From an uncultured Chloroflexia bacterium (lineage in GTDB: Bacteria; Chloroflexota; Ktedonobacteria; Ktedonobacterales; Ktedonobacteraceae), in contig CAVPEB010000014.1 in NCBI GenBank assembly GCA_963702765.1, positions 1 to 64,000 on the forward strand: a stretch of DNA of 64,000 nt, written 5' to 3'. Of the stretch, positions 40,921-52,508 are shown piece after piece. A program made the translations under genes and the position numbers. Position 1 is the first letter of the stretch, and every line of letters begins with the position of its first letter. The notes under the pieces were generated by a model. The model saw only the letters and a program-made list of their open reading frames with translations. It ran no database searches and was not told the DNA's origin.

Positions 40921-43900
40921 TTAGACGGTGACATATGAAAAGTGTTTCTGAGGAAAGTATATCATATGAGAATAGATGGCCAGAATCATAGACTGATCTT
41001 TGTCAGCACGATTATCCAGGCTACCCTGCAGCCTACCTCCCAGATCGTAGTAATGCAGGTCGCTGGAGTGGCTGCCGGTGGCGGTGTAGGTGTGCTCTTC
41101 GAGTCCGAAGGCGTAGACGGTCATGGTGGTACCACTACTGGTGGTGATCCGACGCAGCACACGGTTGCCCGAGGCGTCGTACACGTAGAGGTCTTTGTTA
41201 GCTGAGCCGGCATTCCAATTGACGAAGTGATCGAGCAGGTCGTAGGTCAGGGTCGCGGTGGTGCCGCTGTAGGTGCGGCTGGTGACGTTGCCCTAGTTGT
41301 AGTAACTGCTGGTAGATCTGCTAGGATTTGCTGGAACAGGTCGAGATGGTGGCATACATGTCGGTCAGTATATGAGGTATGCTGGTGCTGCTGCCACAGT
41401 AGAGATACTGTTACTGGGTGCTGCCTCCGTTGAGCGGCTCTTGCCACAGCTGCCAGAGATGCGTATAGACAAAGGTGTTGCTGTAGTTGGCTACACTTAA
41501 GCTGTTGGAGAGGGTGGAGCTGACACAGGTGTAGTTGATTGCTCCTGGCTGGGTGCCTGAGTTGCCTGCTTACACCAGACGGTTCTGTTAGTCGTAGCAG
41601 AAGTTCTGGCTCTCACTCTCTCCTGAGCTGCTTTTGCCTGGCACGGCAGCCTGGGTGGTCGCGAGGTTGGTGACGTTGCTGGCAGGGTCATAGGCCAGGG
41701 TTTGCGCAAAGACGGCGCCACTGGTGCCACTGCCGCTTTGCCAGGTGGCGCTGGCGCTCGTAGGACGCAGGTTGGCGTAGTAGCGTACTGCTAGGAGGCC
41801 AGCGGGTTGCTCAGCGAGGTCTGGAAGTTGATGGTATATAGTTGGGCGCGGGCATTGTAGACCAGGGTGGCCAGGTTGGCAGATGTGGCATTGGCCTGGT
41901 TACTAGTAAGGTGGGAGTGCTAGTCGTGGTGTCATAGATCTGGGTGGTGGTGTACTCTTGCTCGCTGGGAGTGGTACTGGTGGCGGTGGTGGTCAGCTGG
42001 TCAGCGTCGTTGTATGTAGTACTGTGCTAGGTAGCTGGGTAAGCTGGTGGTGATGCCACAACTACTAGGGAGGGTGCAGAATTGCATCTGTTCGGCTGAG
42101 AGCCTGCCACGGGCGTCGTGTTCGAAACGACTCGGTCGTGGTGACAGTATCACACCGGGAGTGCCTGTGAGATAGGTTTTGGAGAGGCTCTGGGTAAACT
42201 CTCCTTTGGGGTAGTTGGTGGTGACTGAGACGGTCAGCTTGTTGGTATCATAGGTGTTTTGCACGTAGATGTTGCCTGCGCTACAGGCACTGGTAGCGTT
42301 GATGGTGGGCGTGGCGTACTGCACGCAGCTCACGCGTCCTAACAGGTCGTAGTTGTAGCTGATGAGATGTTTGTTTGATCAGACGGTCGCATCGTCGGTG
42401 AGGACGTTACCGTTGGGATAGAGGGTGTAATTGTGCGTGCCGCGATCAGGATAGACGACTGCGTGAGCCGTCCCAGGTAGTCGTACTGCGCGGTGGTGGT
42501 GACACTGGTGATGGTCTGGCCTGTTTGGGGCGCTTTATCATAGACTTTGACGGAAGTGGGTTCGTTGAGCACGTTGTATTGCATGGTCTTTTGTTCGTTG
42601 AGTGTGAGGGTGCCTCCATAGAGACCACTATCGAACTGCTGGTAGACGCTACGACCAGGGCATAGTTGAAGCTGATACTGACGTGTTTGTTGGGGTAGAC
42701 GCTGGTCACGCTGGCATAGGTATAATTGTTGGGATCGCTTGCAACGGTGCCGGTGGAGTAATTGGTGCAGGCGGTATACGTGCCAGTCAGGGTGGCGGAA
42801 CAGGCGATGCTAGGCTCCTGGCTGGATACAAAGAGGGGGTACTGTGCTGCAATGGCTCTGCCTAAGGCGTCGAAGAAGGTGACGATACCGCCTGGTGCGA
42901 CGCCTTGATAGTCTTTGACGCCATTGGGGTACACTCAGCCGCTGCCATGGGTCACTTCAAAGGGCACGCTCTGCCAGACGGAGTGCGCCTGGTAGTTGTA
43001 GGTGGTGATCACTAACGTGTAGTAGCTAGAGCTCGGTCCCGGCGTGCGCGTCTCTGATGGCTCTGCTCAGGCTGTCGTAAAAAGGTGCTGGACTGCACAG
43101 TGCTGTACAGGTACGATTTACTATCGGCTTCATAGCAGGGCAGGGTGCTGCTGTTGGTACAGCTGGAGTTGGTCTTGGACAGAGTGGTGTAGCCGCTGAT
43201 ATGCAGGGGCAGTTTGAGCTGCACGGCCGGATGCTGCTGGAGTCATAGGTATAGCTGGTGCTGGTGGTCTGGCTGTTGACATCGGTGGTGCTGGTAGGCA
43301 GAAGACCTCTGCGTGTAGTCATAGCTGGTACTGGTGGAACAGGTCAGGGCATTGGTCATAGTTGTTGGTTGGGCGTTGTAGCTATAGTAGGATGTGCAGG
43401 TTGTGTAGTGGCTCTGGCTATAGGCGCTGCTATAATAATGTACGGGGCAGTGGAGAGCGTGTAGCTGTTGCTTGCGTACAGTGAGCTGTTCGCAGCAGCC
43501 AGCGACATAGACGCTGGCGACGGCATTGCTATAGGCGTCATAGCTCTGGTAGCTGGTGGTGAGAACGGCACCACGCGTTGGAGTGCAGGCGCTGTTGCTG
43601 TAGGTCTTGACGGTGGTGGGCAGGCTTTTCTGAGGGGGTCAGTGTCCCCGAGGGTGCTCCTTGTCGTAGGTGCTATCCTGGCACTGCCAGATATGACTAG
43701 TGTTATCGGTGCTATCGCTGTGCGTCACGTTGTTGATGGAGTAGTAAGTCCACTCTCCTGACGTTGTCTGGTAGTTGAACGTATATGCTCAGTTTTTATT
43801 GAGCGGGTAGATATTCGTAGGGAGGTTAGAGCCGCTGACCTGGTCTTGCTGGAGCACGTGGTACCCGCCACTGGCTACAAGCTCATATTAGAGGGAATAA

Positions 43901-46575
43901 TAGTCGTAGGTATAGGTGTGTTGGACTATGGGAGCGCTGCTACTGTTGCTGCTCTCGTAATAAATGGCCTGGGTGTAGACAACGACCTGCTCGCAGGCGG
44001 GATAGGTGATGGTGGTGCTGCGGCACGCATTAGAGTTTGTTGCATAATAGGTATTGGTGCGAGTGAGCAGGGTAGTGGGGGTAAAGCTAGTGCCGCTGTA
44101 GACCTCCTCGCGCCACAGCATGCCGCAGGAAGTTCTGATAATCGGACATGGGCGTCCGCCAGCTCTCGGTACTGTAGTAGTAATACACGGTCAGGTCATT
44201 GGCTGGGCTGACTGTACAGACCTGCGAAAAGCTCTGGTACTAGGCATGGTAATAGTCTTCTCAATACGTATCACTAGCAGGTAACTAGTTGTCACTCACG
44301 CAATCCTTATCAACTTGGTTTTGATAGGGGTAACAAAAGATATTCTCGATATAGGTCTCTGTTTTCGATAGGCGGTAGTAACTGAAGGTGGTTTTGGCGG
44401 GCTGCAAGGAGGAGGAACTGCTATAGGTGCAGAGAGCGGTGATGCTGGTGACTACCTGCTAAGCTAAGGTATGATCATCAGGATGAGAGTAGTGGACTGT
44501 GCAGGTGCTGTTGTTGGTGCAGAAGAGCGCGTAGTAAGGGTCATAGAAGATGGTATTCTTATTTATGATGGTGGGAGTGATATGGGTATTGTTATAGGCT
44601 CTGGCATAGGTGATGGTTACACTCACTTCGGTATTGCGATCTTGGTAGAAGTTCAGGTAATCTCAGCTAGTCTGCGTGCTGTAGGACTGCGAGCTGACCG
44701 TTTGTGTACTGTCGTAGTACGTGTCTGTGAGCAAAGATGTGTAGCTAAACTGGACACTGTGCAGCGTATGACCTGTCTGGTTCTGATAGATGGTGGGGGT
44801 GACGCTGTGAGCAGGTGTTCAGGCGCAATACTGCTGCGCGAGGGTCAGGGGATCGGTGCAGGCGGAAAATGGGCTGTCCGCAAAGGGCGGGTTCGCAGTG
44901 TAGGCGAAGGCATAGCTGCTATCCTCGTAACTCGGCGTGTGCGTCGATGCGACGTAGCTGGTCACACTATCAGGGTGAGCGTACTCATGACGAGGGGTGC
45001 TCTCGCTGCTATCATCTAATGGGTATCACAGCGCAAGGTCGTCGAGGTCGGGGAGCACTTCGCAGTCGTAGTTATTCCATAGGCGCACCAGCACAGAGCG
45101 GGATGAGTCGCTACTGGTGGAGGAGATCGTACTCGGACTATGATAGAGATAGTCGACGATGACAGACACATCGGTGACCGAACCAGTGGTGCCTTGACCA
45201 TAGCCGTAGATGATCTGCTAGAGAGAGGTATCGCGGATGTTGGTATAGCTACAGTGGGGGTGTTCTAGTCTAGCACATAAGTGAATAGAATTATCTAGTA
45301 GTAGGTACTATTGGAGATTTAAATAGGAGATAAGATATAGTAGATGTATAAGAGATATTTGATGAGAGAGATGATATTATAGGTATAATATTGTAGAGAG
45401 TAGATGATAAAGATAAGTTAGTAGTAGGTGTTAGATTTGTATAAAAAGTGAAAGAAAGGATATTTGTTGAAGATAATTTGATAGATTTTAAAGTAGGAGA
45501 TATGTTAGATATAGTAAGAGTTGTATGTGAATGTAATGAGATGATAGATGATATAGGAGATGTTGTTGAGAAAGTAATAGGTGTTATTTGAATTGATTGA
45601 ATAAATTTATGAGATGATGGAAATAAAGTTGAGAGATAAGTTATATATTTAGTAGATTGAGAGTGAGATGAAGTTATGAAGTTAATTGGGTAAGATGATG
45701 GAATAGGTGAGAGTTAGATGAGAGATAAAATTTATGATGATGAGAGGAATTGTAAGAGATAGAGTGCTGCTATGAGGAGTTGTGCAAGAGAGAGAGGCAG
45801 TTCAGCAAAGCTGATTGAAATTTTTGTTTGAAGTGATAAATGAGTTGGTGTTGAGTAATATGTTATGGGTGTTAAGGGTATGAGTTATTGGGTATATGTA
45901 TGGGAATGTTGAGTTTGGTGTTGGGTTGTTTGGTTTGTAGGGTGCAGAATGAGGGTGGGTTAGTTTAGGATTACGTTATTAGGGTTAAGGTTTAGATATG
46001 TTAGTTAGGAGGGTTGGTAGTGATAGATGGTGGTCATAGGTGTATGTAAGGTTAGTTTGTTGATGATGTTGTTTTGGTTGTGGATGAGTTGTAGTTGTTA
46101 GTGTTAAGTAGGTTATTCTGGTTGGTGGAATGTTTATAAATTGGATGAGATGTACGCTTAGCGCGTTTACAGGCGCGCTGCTACTTGGTGGTATGTGAGA
46201 GATAAGAGATATTAGCTGGATATGTACTTCGAGGCGGATATGCTGTTGTGAGATCAAGGGCTGATGCTGTAGCGCTGTCTGCGAGAAAGGCCGAAGTCAA
46301 CGTAGAGGTGATGGGTGCATGCTGGCAGGTTCGGCACTCGGGGGCAGGGTGTAAAATAGGCATACTGCGAGACCCTTGCCCGGAGGTGGCGCCAGTGGAT
46401 GGAAAGGTGACGGGACCACGATAGGTGTGTCCTGACGGCCCTCCGAGAAATGATCGAAGGTCATGGTGGCAGGTGCGCTCGTCAGGGGGTCAGCCGCGTG
46501 ACTGGTGAACACGCCGGTACTCCAGCCTGCGATGACGCCTGAGAGGACGACGATCAGCAACAGGGCTGAGAGCAA
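40921..46575 (-). pseudogene. RHS/YD-repeat family protein gene (~1.8 kaa) with signal peptide, heavily decayed: dozens of in-frame stops, and no toxin-like C-terminus
   Basis: Minus-strand fragments carry YD-repeat motifs (MYDASGNRV..YAFGLEEHTY..YYDLGGRL; YDYLGRLTQ; EHDARGRLSAEQ); an N-terminal signal-peptide ORF at 46297..46575; the longest intact ORF is ~160 aa. Confidence 0.7.
45290..46145. other. ~860-bp stretch with essentially no C on the plus strand (no G on the minus strand), inside the decayed RHS gene, with sharp boundaries
   Basis: By eye fewer than ~10 C in ~860 nt, against ~25-33% C in neighbouring DNA; A/G/T-only, AT-enriched. Confidence 0.8.
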
Positions 46576-47033
46576 CAGGTGCCGAGTGTGAGGCGGCGGG
46601 ATGTCTGAAACGGAAAACGAATATGAGGACGAGGGCGAGGAGAGCGTGAACCGGGATCAGCAGACAGCATGGGACATACTCCATCTCTTCCAAAGGAAGC
46701 ATCTCAAAAAGAGCAAGTAAAGGATACAATTATCATAGTGAGATAGGTAATGGAAATAAATATGATTGATATATTGTGGAGCAAATTTTAATGGGAAAAT
46801 AATGATATATAAGTGAATAGGAGAAAAGTCATAATGGAATAAAAATTGATATATAATGTATTGTATAAATATTATTAGAAATATATCAATACAAGCTAGA
46901 TAATTCAAATAAATGCATATAAGTCCCTCGCGAAATATGCTATACTCAGCGAGGAAATTTCATCGACCCAACGACGCGTGTGAAGCTATTTTCGCATCTT
47001 CTTGATAAATAGGATTTGCAGGAGGGGATTTCG

Positions 47034-47777
47034 ATGGCCCGTGACGCAACAAATATGCCTTTTGAACGATCCACATCCTACAGGAATGACGACTCAAACG
47101 AACAAACAAATGGCACCGATCGACCATTTGATACATCGCTCAAGATAGAGAATATGCTCCTCGAAGAGTTCAACTACGCGAGTGTGACGGCATATCAAGC
47201 CATGGAGGATCGAGCGCGTATCTCCAGTTTCTATTACATCCTGCTCGGAGTTCTGGTGTCCGGTCTGGCAGCGGTGTATCAATTCAGCGGGGGCACGCGC
47301 ACTATTCCACAGGCCTTAGTCGCTCTATTGCTTTTCATTGGCGCTTTCATCAGCATCTGCTTTTTCGTTACTCTCATTCGCCTGAGACAGGCATATAAAG
47401 AGAGCCTTCTCACCATGAATGTGATCAAAGAGTACTATATAGATCAATTTAAACAGCAGATGCCGACGATTGAAAAGGCCTTCCGCTGGCGGCTTACAAC
47501 AATGCCTAAGGGCGAACGTATCGGCAGTGTCACTTTTATGATTGCTACCCTGAATGCTTTTATTGGCAGTCTCTGTCTTGCTGGAGCAGTGTTCTTCATT
47601 ACTGAGCAAACGCTTTCTAATACATGGGCATCCATCGTGGCGGGAGCAGTATTCATCTTAGCCGTGTCTGCGCATATTTACTACTATCGTTATTCTCTCA
47701 GCAAGGAAAATGATACAAAAACCATAAATGAGCAGGTAGAGGTTTTGGAGACTGCATTCAATAAGGGTGATGAATAG
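47034..47777 (+). CDS. Hypothetical integral membrane protein (4-5 TM)
   Basis: AGGAGGGG RBS 7 nt upstream of ATG; hydrophobic helices; no family recognised. Confidence 0.4.
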   Translation: MARDATNMPFERSTSYRNDDSNEQTNGTDRPFDTSLKIENMLLEEFNYASVTAYQAMEDRARISSFYYILLGVLVSGLAAVYQFSGGTRTIPQALVALLLFIGAFISICFFVTLIRLRQAYKESLLTMNVIKEYYIDQFKQQMPTIEKAFRWRLTTMPKGERIGSVTFMIATLNAFIGSLCLAGAVFFITEQTLSNTWASIVAGAVFILAVSAHIYYYRYSLSKENDTKTINEQVEVLETAFNKGDE

Positions 47778-47834
47778 TTTTCATTTCTTTTGCTTACATT
47801 TGTGGCGTGTTGGCCAGGCTCGTCGTACCGCGCG

Positions 47835-47864
47835 ATAGATCCTTCGCTTCTCTCAGGATGACAA
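47835..47864. repeat. Family A repeat copy (gatagatccttcgcttctctcaggatgaca)
   Basis: Direct sequence; second direct copy 43 nt downstream. Confidence 0.7.
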
Positions 47865-47906
47865 TTCAGGCTTGTGGGGAGTAGGCAAGGTTCATGGTTC
47901 TGCGCG

Positions 47907-47935
47907 GTAGATCCTTCGCTTCTCTCAGGATGACA
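47907..47935. repeat. Family A repeat copy
   Basis: ggtagatccttcgcttctctcaggatgaca, followed by further caggatgaca half-sites. Confidence 0.7.
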
Positions 47936-47980
47936 TTTTAGCAGGATGACAAATTGGCGGGATGACGCACCAGGCAATTA

Positions 47981-49255
47981 TCATCTTCTTCTACTTTTGC
48001 TAACCGATTTGGTTGAGAAGGTGAATTTTAGTCCCTGTCTCTCCATAAAAGTCTGGAACAGGCCGTAAAACTCGGCTCGATCTTGCATGGTAATTACGGC
48101 TACTGCATCGGCAGCTTCAATGGCATAGGGATAGCCCTGTCCAGCAATGACTTCAGCACGGACTGCGTCAAGGACAGGTTCGAGTATTCCGTCATCCAGC
48201 ATCCAGCGGGGGAACTCCAGGCGGGCAGGCGGGCGCGTTGAGGTTGTTTGCACATAACAGAACGCTACTTGCTCACGATAGGATCCATAACCTTCCAGTA
48301 TGTCGCCACGAGCGCAGATCATGGCGGGCGTGCGATCTCCCCAACGCAGTTGACCCTGCCATAATAACGCGTCATGGATATTTTTTGTTTCGCGCAGTAC
48401 AGGCTGGCGCTCTATAGAATCCAGGCGGCGAAGCATGGTAATCATGTCGCGTGCATAGCTTGTGTCTATGTAACCGATGAGCGGCACGCGTTGTTGCTCG
48501 GAGGTTTGTAAGAGCGAGATGGCGGAAGCAATATAACGTTCCCTGTAGGGACTGGGCATCGTCAAAGCGAATGAAACGACGAGGGAACCATCGAAAAAGA
48601 CTATAGGGCTGTGGGAGGGATCACCCTCACGGCGCTGCTGACCATGCTGTTCCATCTGATTGCAAAGTGTCTCTACTTCTAACATGTAGCGGCGAAGCGT
48701 CACCTGCATTTCGGAATAGGGATAGCTATCGGGGTCTTTATTCTCGGTGAGAGACTCTTCCATGATTTCATCAGGGGAAAGCACCTCCAAGCGAACATCT
48801 TTTGTGTACGGACGCCCCTGAGCATGGGGATTGGCAAACAGGCCGACCTGGATCAACGCCACTGGAATAGAGGCATCACGCCAGGGCTGTAGCTGGCTGC
48901 CATCGACGGCAATTGTGGTTATGCCTTCTATACATTCGGCCCATTGGCGAGATTGTTCGTGGTTCTCAAACTCAATGCCAAAGGGAAATTTTGGGGCATG
49001 ATAATTGCCTTGCGCGGCATGAACCAGCCAGCGGTCGTATTCCATAGTGGGGCGCGCACCCGCTGATGGCGCACCAGTAGTGTCGGGTGGGAGCCGGTTG
49101 TCTAATGCCGTGCTTGAAGCATAGCAATTGTACAACGTTTCGAGAGCGTGACGATATGCTTGCAATTGATCGATAAATGAAGCATCGAAAGCGTTGAATT
49201 GGCCGCGTTTAAGGTTTAAAGCAGCCTGAAGTTTGCCTTTATGAAGCATGCACAC
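47981..49255 (-). CDS. NurA-like 5'-3' nuclease domain protein (tentative), overlapping and downstream of the SbcC-like ATPase gene
   Basis: Two DGS motifs in the spacing typical of NurA (..IAVDGSQLQ.. and ..IVFFDGSLVV..); start overlaps the upstream ATPase gene by 17 nt. Confidence 0.4.
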   Translation of the reverse strand: MCMLHKGKLQAALNLKRGQFNAFDASFIDQLQAYRHALETLYNCYASSTALDNRLPPDTTGAPSAGARPTMEYDRWLVHAAQGNYHAPKFPFGIEFENHEQSRQWAECIEGITTIAVDGSQLQPWRDASIPVALIQVGLFANPHAQGRPYTKDVRLEVLSPDEIMEESLTENKDPDSYPYSEMQVTLRRYMLEVETLCNQMEQHGQQRREGDPSHSPIVFFDGSLVVSFALTMPSPYRERYIASAISLLQTSEQQRVPLIGYIDTSYARDMITMLRRLDSIERQPVLRETKNIHDALLWQGQLRWGDRTPAMICARGDILEGYGSYREQVAFCYVQTTSTRPPARLEFPRWMLDDGILEPVLDAVRAEVIAGQGYPYAIEAADAVAVITMQDRAEFYGLFQTFMERQGLKFTFSTKSVSKSRRR

Positions 49256-52200
49256 GTTCCTGTTCTTCCACTATCATTCCATCGTCCTCGGTTATGATAG
49301 AGGTTTTGTTATCCAATTTACGCAGTCGGATGATGCTATCAAGCCCTTGCTCAAAGGTATCGTCGTGGCTGATGACAAACAATTGATCGAAGCCACGCAC
49401 GCGTCGGATTTGCTCCGCCAGGTTGGTGCGGCGGAGTTCATCCATATTTTGAGTCGGCTCGTCAAAGAAGGCGATATTCAACGTAGAGAGCTTCTTAAGC
49501 AGGGCGAGGCGTACCGACAGTGCCGCGCTCATCTGCTCACCTCCACTCAATTGTGCAAAGGTGCGGTCGACTCCCTGGCGATGCAGGATGATTTCGTAAT
49601 CATTTTGCCAGGAAAGTTGGGCGCTGCGATCACCCATGATCTCGCCAAAGATGCGATTGGCTTCAATTGAGATATCATTCATCATTGCTTTCAATACATG
49701 TGGGGCAGCTTCTTTGATCAATTTGCGGAACTGCTCCAACATTTTGTATAGCTCTTCAAGCGTGCTTTTTTCCTTTTCAGCTACTTTCAGCTCTTCTAGC
49801 AGTAGTTCGGCGAGTTCTATCCTTTGCTCGAGGTTGTTGATTTCTGCCTGTAGTTTTTGCATTTCCGCGGCTAACCCGGCTAATTCACCCGTGAGCCTGT
49901 TGATTTCAAGTTCCAACTCGACAAGTTCCTGTTCGTTGAATATATCCCGCGCTTCCTGGTATGCCCGTTCGGCAGCGTAGCAAGGCCTGTTTTGCTTGCT
50001 CAGCTTTTTGAAGCGCCCGATTGTACATTTGCGTGCGCTCGGGGAGCATCTTCGCGGTATCTATATTTTTAAGATAGGTCGAGTAGCTTGCTCCACAATC
50101 TTGTTGAATAGATTCCTGCTGGACAATTTGCACATCGAGATCAGCGTAGCGGTTCAAGTGCTGTTCCAATTGTGCTAGCTGCTCTTCTATCTCTTGAGCT
50201 TTTCGCTGTTCAGCTTGCATTTGTTGCTGATAGGTAGATTCTTTCTGAATGGTATCCTGTTGTGTCTTACTTAGCGAGCGAGGATCATTGAGCACTTGTA
50301 ATTTCTGATTGACGTCTTTCAGTTCATCTCCGCTTTTAGATAGCTCGTCAGCCTGTTGTTGACGCTGCAACAAATCGATTCCAGACTGCTCAATCTGTGT
50401 TTGCAAATGCTGCATTTGTGTCCGGAAACCTTCAAGTTCGCGAACCCTCTGATCTGCTTTTTCGCTTTCATCGCGCTCAGATCTGGCCTGGACTATTTGC
50501 TGATCGAGATTTTTCAGCTCCTCAAGATCCAGCCCTAAATCCGATATTTCACGTTCCAGACGAGTAATATCTTGTGTCACTGCTTTTAGACGCTCAACTT
50601 GAGCATCACGGCTCTCAATATACTGCCCCAGTTTATTCAATCCATCTGCAAATTTTCCAACAAATGAAATGCGGTCGTTCACGGCAGTTAGTTGCAAGCT
50701 GAGACTAGCAAATTGTTTCCGCTCTTGAGCGAGTTTCCCATCAAAGTAGGATTCCAGGCTAACAATGCCATCCTGTTTGATATTCAAGCATGGCTGATGT
50801 AGTAATGGACACTGACCACCCGCGGAAAGCTTTCGCGACCTTACAAAGCCTTCAATATTCCCCTCAAGACGGTGTTGTTGCGCAGAGAGTTGCTCGTGCT
50901 GAATTTGTAAAGTTGTTAGCTCTTCAGCTTCCTGACGGTGTTCTTCAATTTTAGTGATCACATCATCGGCTTTACGCAGGTAGTTTGTGATTTTCTCGCG
51001 ATCAGCATTCTTCTCTTGTAATTGCTTGCGTTTTTCCTCAAATTGCAACCGCTTTGTACTTCGTTCGCTTGTTCTAGATTGTAGATGAGCTAACCTCTCG
51101 ACACGTGCTGTCAGGAGTCCTGCCACATTTTGCAGTGGTTCAATCACGTCTATTCGTTGCTTGATATCTCTCTGCTGCTGCAAGAATTTTGCTCCCTGTT
51201 GCTGCATGCGCTGTATTTCCTTGAGCAGCCTTTCATATTCATTAACCTGAAGAGTAAGGATATCCCTTCTCTTTTCTAATTGATGCTGCTGTTCTACAAG
51301 CGGCAATAACTCCACCAGTCGTTGATGGGCAGCAGCTACATCCTGGAGCCTTCCGCTCAGGTTCTCAATATTCGCCCGGTGCGTTGCTAGGGTTGTTTGC
51401 AATTTTGAGTGTTGTTGCCGCAATGTATTGCGTTGCTGTTCATCTGCGCGGAGGCGTTTTAAAGACTGCGTTGCCTGCAAGTAGCGTTCGTAATCAGCCT
51501 GACTCTCTTGTATAGCTTGGCTGGCTATACGAGCTTCACTCACTTGATTCTGTCTGTCCATAAGCATTTCTTGAGAGGTTGTATGAATTGTTCTTTTTTG
51601 ATGGAGTTGCGATTGGCACTCATTGAGGTGATCACGCTGTTGTTTCAGCAATTCAGCGCGTTCTTTGCATACCGTCAACCGCCGGGCGCTTTGCGCATTT
51701 TGTTCTTTTTTCTGCTGGTCTTCCAGGCGTGAACTTTTCAGGCTTGCCCGCCACTCATCCAGGTCGCGCGTTTCAATTTCAAGGCGTTGGATTTCACTTT
51801 TTTGTGTTTGAATCTGCTCCTGATATACTTTCGAGGTATCTAACAGGTAATCTGCAGCAGTTTTGTAGTCTTCGATTTGGAGCAGAGCATCGAATGTCTG
51901 CTTGCGTTTACTGGCAGTTTCGAGAAAAATAGAGGTAAAGGTTCCTTGAGGTACACCTAACGCATCACGGAAAAGCACATCGAGTGGCCGCTCGCGATCG
52001 ATGCCAAATAGCTCGTGGAGCTTATCCAGCACATCGGTGCGTTGTTCGACGCGCAGGTCTGCTTCGCGATCAAATACGACCCATTTCGCGCCTGTTCCGC
52101 AACGCCGTTCGACTTCGTAGGGACGATCATCACCGCCAATGAGATGGACAACGACACGCCCGTATTTTTCGCCTTCGCGCACAAATTGCGACTGGTTATA

Positions 52201-52377
52201 GGAGAGATGGTCGAAGAGCGCAAATCCAATGGATTCGACGATGGTTGTTTTACCGGAACCATTTGGACCATGGATAGCAGTCGTGCCTCGTCGAAAATCT
52301 ACAGAGACATTACGATAACTTTTGATATTCTCTAATTCGATGCATGTAATGAGCATAATGATGCGCCTTCCCAACAA
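49239..52377 (-). CDS. SbcC/Rad50-like SMC-family ATPase (~1040 aa) with long coiled coil; frameshift near 49906-49916 splits it into 823-aa and 225-aa ORFs
   Basis: N-terminal Walker A GPNGSGKTT; C-terminal signature LSGGEQMSAALSVRLAL; Walker B/D-loop FFDEPTQNMD; H-loop ISHD; central Cys pair CPLLHQPC as a possible hook. Confidence 0.8.
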
Positions 52378-52508
52378 CTGTGAAATACTATTCTCCCACT
52401 TTCTAGTTCTTGCACGAACCTGGGAAAGTGGAAATGCACAGGCGCATTATAACATGTGTTCTTTATGCAATATAGAGTCTTGGACAGGAGATATTAACAT
52501 TTGAGGCG

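Noticed and set aside
41200-45200. Plus-strand ORFs in the RHS region (e.g. 43468..43761, 43846..44211, 44471..45019, 44815..45162) translating to Gly/Val/Ala-rich proteins
   Set aside because: They are low-complexity artefacts of the G/T-rich strand, opposite the recognisable YD-repeat frame, with no motifs.
45290-46145. Coding potential of the C-free island
   Set aside because: Both strands are saturated with stops; the only ORF (45985..46257, minus) has a reduced alphabet and no motifs.
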